Shown: piece by piece, positions 24,625 to 36,775 of the stretch | How the letters are laid out: every line of letters starts with the position of its first letter | Position numbering within the stretch: position 1 is the stretch's first letter | Source of the DNA: Mobula hypostoma | Taxonomy: Eukaryota | NCBI RefSeq assembly: GCF_963921235.1 | Contig: NC_086098.1 | Coordinates: 2,170,001-2,234,000 of the forward strand | Length of the DNA: 64,000 nucleotides | Direction: 5' to 3' | Made by a program: the position numbers and the translations under genes | Notes under the pieces: generated by a model | Seen by the model: only the letters and a program-made list of their open reading frames with translations | The model's database searches: none | What the model was told of the DNA's origin: nothing

Positions 24625-24890
24625 TGTCCATTTAGAATGGAGATGAGGATGAATTTCTTTAGCCAGATGGGGTTGAATCTGTGAAATTCATTGCCACAGA
24701 CAGCTGTGGTGGCAAAGTCTATGGATATATTTAAGGTGGAAGTTGATAGGTTCTTGATTAATTAGGGCGTCAAAGATTATGTGGAGGAGGCAGGAGAATG
24801 GGTTGAGAGGGATAATAAATCAGCCATGATGGAATGGCGGAACAGACTTGATGGTCTAAATGATCTAATTCTGATTCTATGTCTTATGGT
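24625..24890 (+). mobile_element. CR1 3' end
   Basis: Homologous to the other CR1 tails. Confidence 0.75.
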
Positions 24891-25654
24891 ATTCTAGTCT
24901 AAGTGTAGAGCGAGATGCCTCAAAGTCTGTCACCCAGTAGCATTCACATCTGTTATAACAAAGTGTCTCAAGTGCTTGCTCATGAATCGAGTTAACTCCT
25001 TCCTGAGCAAGGAGCTGTGTCTATTGCATTTTAAGCATTCTGAATGGTTCTATCACAGTCTGGTTTGGAGACCACAATGCACAGGTTCACAAGAGACTAC
25101 AGAGGTTTGTAGACTCAGCTTCCTCATGGACACAACAAACCCTGCTGTTGAGGACATCTTCAAGATCATATGACATAGGTGCAGAGTTTTGGTCATTCAG
25201 CCCATTGAATCTGCTGTGACATTCGATCATGGCTGATTTATCCACTATTAAAGACCCTCACCATCTGGGACATGTGCTCCTCGTGTTATTACCATTGGGG
25301 AGGAGGGACAGGAGCCCGAAGACTCGCACACAATGATTCAGAAATGACATCTTCCCCTTCTCCATCAGATTTCTGAACGGTCCATGGACATTACCTCATT
25401 ATTTTTTGTACTACTTATTTTGTAATTTTTTGTGATTTTATGTCGTTGCACTGTAGTGATAACTCATCATAAGACAGTGGTGTCACTGCCAACGAACATG
25501 ACATCGACTGTTTACTCCTCTGCGTGAACTGCTGAGTTCCTCCAGCATTTGGTGTGTGTTATAATTAAGATTTCCAACCATCTGCAGAATCTCTTGTGTT
25601 TGGAAATACTTTGCCTGTTCTCCTTTGCCACTGGAGTTTGCTATGCAAAGGCAT

Positions 25655-25928
25655 TATGTGAGGACTTCTGGCAGAATATCTGCAGTGGTTCAGGGCAATA
25701 TCACTGTGTGAAGACTTTCATCAGAAGGTCTGTCATGATTCAGGGCAATATCACTGCGAGAGGATCTTCGTCAGAAGATCTCCCATGGTTCGAGGCAATA
25801 TCACTGTGGGAGGACCTCCATCAAAAGCTCTGCGTGGTTAAGGGTAATAACAATGTGGGAGGTCCCTCGTCAGAAGGTCTGTGTGGTCCGAGGCAATATC
25901 ACTGTAGGAGGATTTTTGTCAGAAGGTC
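25655..25928. repeat. Diverged 49-50 bp tandem repeat, about 5.5 copies
   Basis: gcaatatcact-type anchor at 25695, 25745, 25795, 25844, 25893. Confidence 0.9.
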
Positions 25929-26065
25929 AAGCAAGTATCTCACTGCTATCTCTCAAGAGCCATTATGGATGGGAAAACAGTTACTTGATACATAAATACT
26001 GATCTGGCTATATTGTGTAAAAAAAAGTGCAATAAAATGGCACTATTTTTGCTTTTTATCCTATT

Positions 26066-26480
26066 GCTCGTTGGTTGTGTGCCGTGCCATAGGATGTGGG
26101 TGATCATGATCTTTCCATAATTGTTCTTGGCAAATATTTCTACAGAAGTGGTTTGCCATTGCCTTCTTCTGGGCAGTGTCTTTCAAGATGGGTGACCCCA
26201 GCCATTATCAATCATTTTCAGAGATCGTCTTCAGAGAAACTTGAGGGGTATTATCAGTGCTTTACAGAGTCTGTCTGGTGTCAGTGGTCGCATAACCAGG
26301 CCTTGTGATACGCACCAGCTGCTCATACGACCATCCACCACCTGCTGCCATGTCTGCATGTGACCGTGAAGAGGGGCTTAGCAGGTGCTACACCTTGCAC
26401 AACTGTTACCTGCAGGCTAGCAGAGGAAAGGAGCACCTTACACCTCTTTTGGTAGAGACATATCTCCCCCCTGCCACCCA
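26066..26480 (-). mobile_element. RTE-related non-autonomous element (Bov-A-like motif)
   Basis: Reverse complement contains aagaaggcaatggcaaaccacttctgtagaaatatttgccaag, like the RTE/BovB-derived GAAGGAAATGGCAACCCACTCCAGT motif. Confidence 0.6.
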
Positions 26481-27654
26481 GTCATATAGTCCTATTAATT
26501 AATCAATAACTTTATTTTGCAGTGATCGTTTTTCATGAATCACAGAAACAAATAGCCGTCAGTCCATAGACGTTAATGAGGTAGTTTTTCATTTTCCTCT
26601 GTGGTCTGACAGCTGCAATATCAATTCCTGTAGCGTTTCTCCCACTCACCCACTGTAAGCTCAGCAGAAGAGACATCTAAGCATTGTTTTTCCTTCATGA
26701 TGAGATGCAGAGGATGATTAAGGACACACATAATTATCAGTGTCACCCAGTTTGGAGGGACATTTTAAATAGATTCAGAATCACACGGGGTTACAGCACA
26801 TGACGAGACCACCAAGTCTGACGTGCCTCTAGCTGGCACTTGCAGGCTACCCCCAGCATGTCCTCAGGTTGTGATGGTTGCTAATGAAAGTGACTCATTT
26901 CACTGTGTGTTTCAATGTATGTGTGATAAATAAACTTAATCTGAATCTTGAATCCAATGTCCTCTCCCCATAACCCTCTATTTTACTCTTCCTCTATTCT
27001 GACTGGGTCTACCCCCCACACCCACTTGTACCACAGCCACTCTCACACCTCCTGAAAGTATACTTCAGGGCGGTGGTGGAAGCAGGCACATTAGGGACAT
27101 TTAACAAACTCTTAGATGGGCACATGGATGATAGAAAAACGGAGGGTTATGTAGGGAGGATAGTTAGATTGATCTTCAAGTAGGTTAAAAGGTTGGCACA
27201 ACATCATAGGACAGAATTAGGCCATTCAGTCTATTGAGTTGCCCTGTCATTCGATCATGGATTGTGTGTTCTGGTGCCAACGGATCATGCCCACCAGGTT
27301 CAGGAGAACAACATAAACATCAACAATTACCAAACAGAATAAGACAACAACAGTAAAACAAGCCCCTTTCACCCTGACACCCACCCACTCACACAACCAG
27401 GCAGGTCACTTGATAGCTACCACTTGAGGCCTATCTGAGCTATTGTTTGCTTTGTGGTTGGAGTCTTGGTTAAGAGGAGAAAGCTCAGCTCGCCCTCCCT
27501 ATCGAGATTAGGTTAGTGTGACAAGCTGAAATCATGCGTCAGTGTGGAGGCTCTTATCCAGTTCAATTTGACTCTTCTGTGTCTTGGAGCTAATACTGTG
27601 GACCTCATTGCTTAATAGCAATGTAGGAATATACTTTTCCTCAGCAGCTGTGGC

Positions 27655-28195
27655 AGGTTAACTTCACAGTAGTATAGTGGTTAGCACATCAGTTTGCAGT
27701 GCTTGCGATCAGTGATCAGGGTTCAATTCCCACTGCTGCCTGTAAAGAGTTTGTATGTTTTCCCCATGATTGTGCTCCCACAGTTAGGGCTGTGAGTTGT
27801 GGGCATGCTATGTTGGTACCAGATACTGTACGTGCTGACCCCAGCACATCCACAGCGATCTGAACATTGTGGAAACGTGATGTTGGTGCTGGAAGTGTGG
27901 CCACTCTTGTATTTGTCCCCAGAACAATCCTCAGTGATTTGATTTGACACAAACACCACGATAATGTAGTGGTTAGCATGATGCTATTACAGTTTGGGGC
28001 ACTGGAGTTTGTATTGCAATTCCCCCTCCATCTGTAAGGAGGTATTTGCAGCAGTTTCCTCCCATGGACCATAGACCTATGGGTTAATAAGTCAGTGTAA
28101 ACTATCCTGTGATTAGGCTACGGTGAGTAGGTGGGGTGCTGGGCAGTGCTGCTCTTTCGGCCATGAGGTCGTGTACAGCATATCAAAATAAATAA
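27655..28195 (+). mobile_element. Two tandem degenerate tRNA-derived V-SINEs
   Basis: gtggttagca A box, ggttcaattcc B box, V-domain-like gagtttgtatgttttcccc; second copy starts at about 27959. Confidence 0.7.
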
Positions 28196-28974
28196 TTGTG
28201 CTGGTCAGTAACATCCACATTCAGTGAACGTTTTAAGAACATCTGCAGCTTTGCTATTTTTGCTGGGTCCTGGACTGAATGGGGACAAGGGGCCAGTTAG
28301 ATGTTGCAGAGCCTATAGTTGCATAGCCCCAGACTCTCTAAAGCCATTTTCCATTATCTGTACCAAACAATCTCTTACAGCCTGAAGGTCAATAGTCAAT
28401 GCTTTGACTTCATACATTCCACAAAATTTCCCCAAATTTAACATTGTCCTGCTAATAATGCCTGCATGAAATTTGTGTGGGTTATCTATGAGTTGTTTGC
28501 TAAATAACTACCAACCACAGCTCTTGTATTAAGCCATAGTTTATGAGTGTGTGAATGACTCAGTATGTAAGTATATTGCAATCTGTATAGTATCTCGATC
28601 TGTGATTGCTACTGAATTAGAGTGGGTGCGGAACATATCAGTATAACTGACACTTGTCTGCTTAATATATGTATAAGAGGCATATACTCTTGACACAAAT
28701 GAATGTTGTAGGTGTGAGTCAGAATGGTGTTCTTCTTACAAACATTTAACCATTGTACTCTAATGCATCTAGTGCATTTCAGGTGCTTATTGCACCAGGC
28801 GGAAAATAAATCCACCCACAAAGCACTAAATGCAAGCTCCTAGCAATTTAAAATGAACACCACATTTTACCAAGGGTCATTTTTATAAAGAGGTGAACTT
28901 TGTCTGTTGTTCTCTGCCAAAAAAAGGTACATTTTTCTTGGTCTTTCAATATTCTTTATTTTGCTGAATTAACA

Positions 28975-29595
28975 TGGAAGACCAGAATGTAAAAGCTGAG
29001 ATGTAATGCAAAGGCTTAATAATGCATTGGTCAGACTGCATTTGGAGTATTGTGAGCAGCTTTGGGTCACTTCTCGAAGAAAGGATGTGCTGGCATTGGA
29101 GAGGATTCAGATGAAGTTCACAAGAATGATACCAGTACTACGAGGATTAATGCACGAAGAGTGTTTGATGGCTCTGGACCTGTATTTGCTGGAGGTTAGA
29201 AGAATGGGGAGGAAACTCATTGAAACCTATCAAATACTGAAAGCTTAGAAAGAGTGGATGTGATGAGGATGTTTCCATTAGTGGGTGAGTCTAGGGCCAT
29301 AGGGCATAGCCTCAGAATGCAAGGATGTTCTTTAGAACAGAGAGCAGGAGGAATTTGTTTAGTCAGACCGTGCCAAATCTGTGGAGTTCATTGTCACAGA
29401 CAGCTTTGCATTTCAAGCTGATGGGTACTCTTAAAATGGAGATTGACAGGTTCTTGATTAGTCAGGGCATCAAAAGTTATGGGGAGAAGGCAGGCGAACC
29501 GGGTTGAGAGGAAGAATAAATCAGCCATGATGGAATGCTGAAGCAGACTTGATGGTCTGAATGGTGTAATTCTGGTCCAGTGTCTTATGGTCTTC
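28975..29595 (+). mobile_element. CR1 3' fragment
   Basis: ALVRLHLEYCEQLW; 3' UTR. Confidence 0.85.
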
Positions 29596-29596
29596 G

Positions 29597-29775
29597 GGTT
29601 CTGTTCAAAATGATTAAGGAGCATCCAGTCTGCTTTGGAAAATTGATCTCCAAAGTTGCTCTTCAAGTTGTCAGATGCATTGAAAAGTCCCTGTGAGTTT
29701 TTTAAACAAATTCTGTGGTTAACTGGACATTTATTAAAACATTTGTACATTTGTCTGAAGATGGTTTGAATAAAA
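29597..29775 (+). repeat. Left arm of an inverted duplication (partner 35135-35310)
   Basis: Shared exact 31-mer tcagatgcattgaaaagtccctgtgagtttt; colinear over about 170 bp. Confidence 0.9.
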
Positions 29776-29814
29776 TCCTGTTATGTCTTATAACCTAACT
29801 AAATATCAGATCAA

Positions 29815-32140
29815 TCAGGGCTCCTCAGAAGTTTACAGAGATTCAGCATGTCATCTAAAAGTTTGAAAAGCTTCTATAGATGTGTGTTGGAGAGCCTGGT
29901 GTGGAAACATCAATGCCCTTGAATGGAAAATCCTACAAAAAGTAGTGGACATGGCCCAATCCATCACAAGTAAATCCTCCCAACCATTAAGCACTTTTTT
30001 TGCATCTGTCTTCACTGTAGAGGACACAAGCAGTGTACCAGAGGCCCATAAGTGTCAGGCAGCAGGAGTGAGTGCCACTGCTATTACAAAAGAAAAGAGT
30101 GCTAGGCAAACTCAGAGGTCTTAAAGTGGATGAGTCACCTGGACCAGAGGGACTAGATCCCAGAATCCTAAGAGAAGTTGTTGAAGAAATAACGGATGCA
30201 TTGGTCATGATCTTTCAAGAATCACTTGATTCTGGCATGGTCCAGAGGACTGGACAATTGCAAATGTCACTCCACTCCTTAAGAAGGGAGGAAGGCAAAA
30301 GAAAGGAAATTATCGGCCAGTTAGCCTAACCTCAGTGGTTGGGAAAGTGTTGGAGCCTATTATTAAGGATGAGGTTTCGGAGTACTTGAAGACTAATGAT
30401 AAATAAGTCCAACTCAGCCTGGTTTCTGTGAAGGGAAATCTTGCCTGACAAATCTGTTAGAATTCTTTGATGAAGTAACAAGTAGGGTGGACAAAGGGGA
30501 GGCAGTGGATATTATTTATTCAGATTTTTAGAAGGCATTTTATAATGTGCCACACATGAAACTGCTTAACAAGATAAAATCCTATGTTGTTACAGGAAAT
30601 ACACTGGCATGGATAGCGGATTGGCTGACAGGCAGGAGGCAGAGAGGGGGAATAAAAGGGGCCTTTTCTGGTTGGCTGCCACTGACTAGTGGTGTTCCTC
30701 AGGGGTCAGTTTTGGGACCACTACTTCTCACAGAGTTTGTCAATGACTTGGATAATGGAATGAATAGCTTTGTGGCAAAGTTTTCAGATCATTCATAGAT
30801 ATGTGGAAGAGTAGGTAGTGGTGAGGGAGCAATATGATTGCAGCAGGAATTGGAAAAATGGGCAAAACATGGCAGGTGGAATACAGTGTTGGGAAAAGTG
30901 TGGACTGTTATCTAAATGGGGAGAAGGTTCAAACATCAGAGGAGCAGAGGGACTTGGGAGTCCTTGTGCAAGGCTCGCAGAATGTTAATTTACAGGTTGA
31001 GTCTGTGGTAAAGACGCCAAATGCAATGTTGCCATTTATTTCCAGGGGAACAGAATATAAAAACAAGGAGATAATGCTGAGCCTTTATAAGACACTAGTC
31101 AGGCTGCACTTGGTGTATTGTCAACAGTTTTGGGCCCCATATCTCAGAAAGGATGTGTTGTTATTGGAGAAGGTATGGAGGAGGTTCACGAGGATGATTC
31201 CAGGAATGAAAGGGTTAACATATGAGGAGCGATGACAGCTTTGGGGCTGTACTCATTGGAATTTAGAAGAATGTGGGGGGATCGCATTGAAACCTACTGC
31301 ATGTGGAAAGAACTAGAGAGGGTGGATGTGGAGAGGATGTTACCTATCGTGGGGGGTATCCAAAACTAGAGGGCACAGCCTCAAAAGTAAGGGGCAACCT
31401 TTTTAGAATGAAGGTAAGGAGGAATTCTTTTTATCCAGAGAGGAGTGAATCTGTGGAATCCCCTGCCACAGACTGGAATGGAGACCAAGTCCATGGATAT
31501 ATTTAATGTGGAAGTTGATTGTTTCCTGATTGGTCAGGGCATCAAAAGATATGGCAAGAAGTCAGGTGTATGGGGTTGAGTTGGATCTGTGATTAGCCAT
31601 GATGAAATGGCAGAGCAGACTCGATGGGCTGAATGCCCTAATTCTACTCCTATATCTTATGGTCCTAACAACATGGAACACTGTTGCAGAAAGCAACATT
31701 CATTATCAGGGAAACCCACCATCCGGGCTGTAGTCTCCACTTGCTGCTGCTATGAGGAAGAAGGTACCGGAGCCTCAGGAATCACACCACCAGGTCCAGG
31801 AGCAGTCATTACTCCTCAACCAGAAGGCTCTTGAACCAAAGGCTTCACTCAACTTCACTGAATTGTTTCCACAACCTATAGATTTACTTTCATGAACTCT
31901 TCATCTCAAGTTCTTGATATTTATTGCTTATTTATTTATTATTCTTATTGTTTTTCATTATTTTAGTATTTGCACATTTTGTAGTCTTTTGCGCACTGTC
32001 CGCCCTGTTGCCTGCGTTCTTTCATTGAATCTATTATGGTTCTTGGAATTACTGAGTACGCCTGCAAGAAAATGAATCTCAGGGTAGTATGTTGTAACAT
32101 ATATGAGCTTTGAAAATAAATTTACATTAAACTTTAAACT
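29815..32140 (+). mobile_element. Rex1-type 3' fragment split by a CR1 insertion (about 29993-31665)
   Basis: Rex1 KILQKVVDMAQSIT before and MEHCCRKA after; CR1 GVPQGSVLGPLL, LYKTLVRLHL inside. Confidence 0.82.
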
Positions 32141-32214
32141 TTACATCCTATTTTGGCATTGGAAGCATGGTGACAATTAAATGAAGTTAATCTAATCTGA
32201 AGAAAGTGCTTTCC

Positions 32215-32583
32215 CAACTCTCCCCCAGGCTTCCAGCAAGGTACAGGTATTGATTTTAACTGATGTTTCAATGACAAACTCCACCATTTTTATTAGGGAT
32301 AATGCCTGGCTATGTCTAGTCCAGTGGTATCGATACTGCTATCATTCATCTCTCCTGATTGCTCTAAGAACTGGAATTCATTTGTGAGCAAGTTGGCACA
32401 ATAGAAACCTAATTGGATGAGGACTATCGACTCAGGAGGGATGGGCAACAGGGAGTGGTGGGCTATATATAATCACCAGACTAGACATGCCCAGGTATTA
32501 TCCCTGATGAAGATAGCAGAGTTTGCAATCGAACCATTGGCTAAACTAACTACCTGTACCTGGCTGGAAGCCTGAGAAGAGTT
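32215..32583. mobile_element. Fold-back PLE-like remnant (family C) with degenerate hammerhead motif
   Basis: 32215-32330 is the inverted copy of 32470-32583; cc CTGATGA agatagcagagtttgcaatc GAAccattgg at 32502-32540. Confidence 0.7.
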
Positions 32584-33364
32584 AAACTTCAAACAACTTA
32601 ACATCAGGACATCTAATTACAAAGAACAGTTGCAAGAAGCCCCAAAAAATTCTTCTTATTTATTTTCTCATTTATATTTTCCTTTCTTCAAATCCATAAC
32701 AAGCTTTGCTTGTTTTCCTTCCTCTCTCTCCCTTTACACTTCATCTGAACTTGATAAAAAAACCTGCTTAATTCTACCTATTCACACTTTCAGAGGAAGG
32801 GGCAGCATTAATTCTAATTTTCTCTTCACCATTATAAAGAAGTTCCAACAAATGGAACATTTTGTTTTCTAAAGTTCATGCAGTGGGCAGGCTCAGCTTC
32901 CGTGGACACTTCGGCTGGCATTGCCAGTCGATTTGCCTTGTCCACTGGGAAGGAACAACCAGTGCCTTTCTCCGTTGGGAGAACGTTGAGGAACCAGCAG
33001 TGGAAAGGGTAAGCACCTTCAAATTCCTGTGCATCAACATCTATCCTAGGCGATTATGATGAAGACACACCAGTGGCTAAACTTCATTAAGAGTTTGAGG
33101 ACATTGGAGGCCTGTGCTGGAGTTGGAAGGTATCCGTGTGCATTTGGATAGGAGGAAGAAAAGGTTGTTGCTATTTCATTCCTTATTGTGCTTGGTGTTG
33201 CTCCTTTCTGCGTTGTGCAGCCGAGCATTATGGGCACACTTTGATCAGGCGGGAATATATGGCAACTTTTAGGGGTTAACTCCAGAGCATCCTTACGTTG
33301 CATTGATTGCTAACGCAAATGATGCATTTCACTGTATGTCGCAATGTTCATATGATAAACCTGA

Positions 33365-33870
33365 ATTATGGTCAGATGAAACTTGGGGTATTATGTTCCA
33401 ATCTGTTTGCCTCACTATAGAAAGGATATGAAAGCTTTAGAGAGAGTGCAGAGGAGATTTACCAGGATGCTGCCTGGATTACAGATGAGGATAGGTTGAA
33501 TGATCTAGGGCTTTTCTCTTTGATACAAAGGAGGATGAGAGGTGATTTACTAGAGGTTTACAACATGATAAGAATATAGATGGAGTGGATAGCCAGAGTT
33601 TTTTCCCCTAGGTTGGAACTGACTAATGTTGGGGACATACTTTTAAGGTGATTGGAGAAAAGCATGGGGAATGTCAGAGTGATGTTTTTTTACACAAGAA
33701 AGTGGTGGTAGAGGTAGATAAATTAGGAACATTTAGGAGGCTCACAAATAAGCTGTACATGGATGACAGAAAAATGAAGGGCCATGTGTCAGGGAAGGTT
33801 AGACTGTTGTTGGAGTAAGTTAAAAGATCGGCACATCCAAAGGGCCTGCACTGTTCAATGCTCTATGCTG
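33365..33870 (+). mobile_element. Degenerate CR1 3' fragment
   Basis: ERVQRRFTRMLPG and RRMRGDL motifs. Confidence 0.8.
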
Positions 33871-33944
33871 TATAAGATGTGAACATGCTTTGGAGCTACA
33901 CGTTAGTTATGTACAGTATAAACCTCTAACTTTGAGGAGCTTAC

Positions 33945-34068
33945 GGCTGAAGCAGACGGAGTGCACACTGAGAACATCTTTGGACAGCAGCCCACGGATG
34001 TCCATGGAAGGTGTAACCTCAATAAATCGTAAACGCACAGACCAATTGGAAATAGATTTTACGTGTAC
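33945..34068 (-). other. Candidate 124-nt coding exon (phase 0-1) of an unidentified host gene
   Basis: gacttcag| ... CAGCC|GTAAGC; single open frame VHVKSISNWSVRLRFIEVTPSMDIRGLLSKDVLSVHSVCFS; CpG-retaining unique island between LINEs. Confidence 0.4.
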
Positions 34069-34132
34069 CTGAAGTCATGAATTTTCAGGGAATGCATAAT
34101 GATCAGAATTATTGGGGGATAAAATAAAGTTC

Positions 34133-34985
34133 AGAATTTACAAGGATGTTGTCAGGACTTGAGGACCTGAGTTTTAAGGAAAGGTTGAATGGGTTAGAAC
34201 TTTATTCCCTAGAACATAGAATATAGAGGGAAGGTTTGATAGAGGTATACAAAATTATGAGGGGTACAGATAGGGTAAATGCAAGCAGGCATTTTCTACT
34301 GAGGTTGGGTGAGACTACAACTAGAGGTCATGGGTTAAGGGTAAAAGGTGAAATCTTTAAAGGGAACATTTATGAAAGGGGTAGATAAGATTGAGACAGG
34401 GAAGTTGTTTCCACTGGTAGGTGAGACTAGACCTAGGGGACATAGCCTTGAGAACTGGGTGAGTAGAGTTAGGACAGAGATGAGGAGGAAATGCTTTTCC
34501 CAGAGATTGGTGAATCTGTGGAATTCTCTGCCCAATGAAGCAGTGGAGGCTACCTCAGTAAATATATTTAAGACAAGGTTGGATAGATTTTTGCATAGTA
34601 GGGGAATTAAAGGTTTTGGCAAAAAGCAGGTCAGTGGAGATGAGTCCAAGGCCAGATCAGCCATGATCTTATTGAATGGCGGAGCAAGCTCGACAGGCCA
34701 GATGACCTACACCTAATCCTATTTCTTATGTTCTTATGTAACATGAGGAGGAGCTTCTTCATTCAGATTGTGGTGAGAGTGCGAAATGAGCTGTCAGCAT
34801 AAGCGGTGGATGTGTGTCAATTTCAATGTATAAGAGAAATCTGGATCAGTACATTGGTTGGGAGAGGTATGGAGGACTATGGCCCAGCTGCAGGTCAATG
34901 GGAGTAGGCCAGAATAATAGTTCGTCGTGGACTAGATGGGCTGAAGAGCCTTTTTCTGTGCTTTAGTGTTCTATGACTATAACTC
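34133..34985 (+). mobile_element. CR1 3' end with a second CR1 3' end nested inside (about 34370-34739)
   Basis: Two CR1 C-terminus and tail segments; aacat on both sides of the inner copy. Confidence 0.8.
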
Positions 34986-35134
34986 TATAATCCTTCCCTA
35001 TTCTTCTTACTTTCCTCAATAAGGGAATATGCAAATAAGCAGAAATGAATGCTAATCCAGTGTTGATGTGGGCTTAACAGACACGAAATGAAAGTAAAAT
35101 TTTGAAGGTCAAAATGACATCACAGAGAGACTAG

Positions 35135-35752
35135 CTTTATCTGAACTTCAGCCAAATGTTAAACAAACATTTTAATAAATGTCCCGTTAGTCACAGAATT
35201 TGTTTAAAAACTCACAGGGACTTTTCAATGCATCTGAAAATTTGAAGGGCAACTTTGGAGATCGATTTCCCAAGGCAGACTGGGTGCTCCATAATCATTT
35301 TGAACAGGACCCGAGGACATAGGAGCAAAATGGGGGCATTTGGCCCACTGAATCTGTTCCACAATTCCATCGTGTCTGATTTATTTCCCCACTCAACCCC
35401 ATTCCCCTGCCTTCTCCTGTAACCTTTGACATCCTTACGAGTTAAGGTTATATCACCCTTCGATATAAGTATACCCAGTAACTTGGCTTCCACAGTCGTC
35501 TATAGCAATGAATTCCACAGGTTTGCTATTCTCTGACTAAAAATTATTCCCACTCATTTCTGTTCTAAAGGGATGTCCTTCTGGTCCTAGACTCCCCCAC
35601 AACTGGAAACATCTTCTCCACCTCCACTCGATCTCGGCCTTTCAATACTCAATCGGCTTCAACGAGATCCTGCTCCCCACTATTCTTCTAAACTCCAGTG
35701 AGTACAGACCATCAAACACTCCTCATATGTTAACCCTTTCATTCCCAGGATT
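35135..35752 (-). repeat. Right arm of the inverted duplication: flank (35135-35310) plus CR1 3' end (35311-35752)
   Basis: Same CR1-tail/flank junction as at 29590-29600. Confidence 0.85.
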
Positions 35753-36334
35753 CTACCATCTGATTCATATTTTGCTTTCTCTGACAGTACATTTGGTCAC
35801 TTGAAGGGATTCCCCATTGTAGTTCATGTTCAAACGCAATCATATTCACACTGTGGAACTTTCCCTATTGTTCTGCATGGGGCTTAGGCTCTTCCCTTCT
35901 CTGAAACTTTCCTTCCTACCATCGGTATCCAGCTCAGCCCCATCTGAAATATGTCTAATAGTGTCTCAGATGTAAAATAAATTTATTCTGATGCAATGGA
36001 TCCACGCTCTTCTCTTCAAAAATGCAGCTTTTCTTCAACCCCCATAATCTTCCCACACCCATGTCATAATTTTCTTGTTAAAATACATAAGGTATATTTA
36101 ATCTGTTCCATTGCTCAAGGGACAGGGCGTGAGGTGCCTGCATGAACAGTTAGAGGCTGTGATACACATTAAATCGGAATGTTATTTTTATAAAGGCAAT
36201 ACCAAACCAAATTATATTTTCTACAGATTATCTCTGGGATGATCCAGAAAATAATATTAGTTGTGTCCAAAATTGACTTCGACTTGTCCTAAGTGCAGAT
36301 TAATAAACTAATAAATAAACAAAATAGATAAATA

Positions 36335-36775
36335 AAACTCACAAATTTCTACAGATGTACCTTGGCAAACATTCTAACGCAGTGCTTCACTGTCTGGTAT
36401 GGAGGGGGCACTACACAGGGTTGGAAAAAGCTGCAGAAAGTTATTACCTCAGTCATTTAGGTACCTCACTTATCTCTGTTGCTTAGTGGATTAGTGTTCA
36501 GAATAAAGGAATGACAATTTAGAACAGAGTTGAGGAGGAATTTCTTCAGCCAGAGGGCAGTAAATCTGTGGAATAAATCACCACTGACTGTCATGGAGAC
36601 CAAATCATTGGATATATTTAAAGTGGAGGCTGATAGGTTCCTGGTTAGTCCGGATGTCAGAGGTTACGGGGAGAAGGCAGGAGAATGGGGTTAAGAGGGA
36701 TAATAAATCAGCCATGATAGATGGCAGAGTAGACGATGGGCCGAGTGGACTAATTCTGCTCCTATGTTTTAAGGT
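36335..36775 (+). mobile_element. Rex1 fragment followed by a CR1 3' end
   Basis: FYRCT...TVWYG...KKLQKV, then NFFSQR and CR1 tail. Confidence 0.7.
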
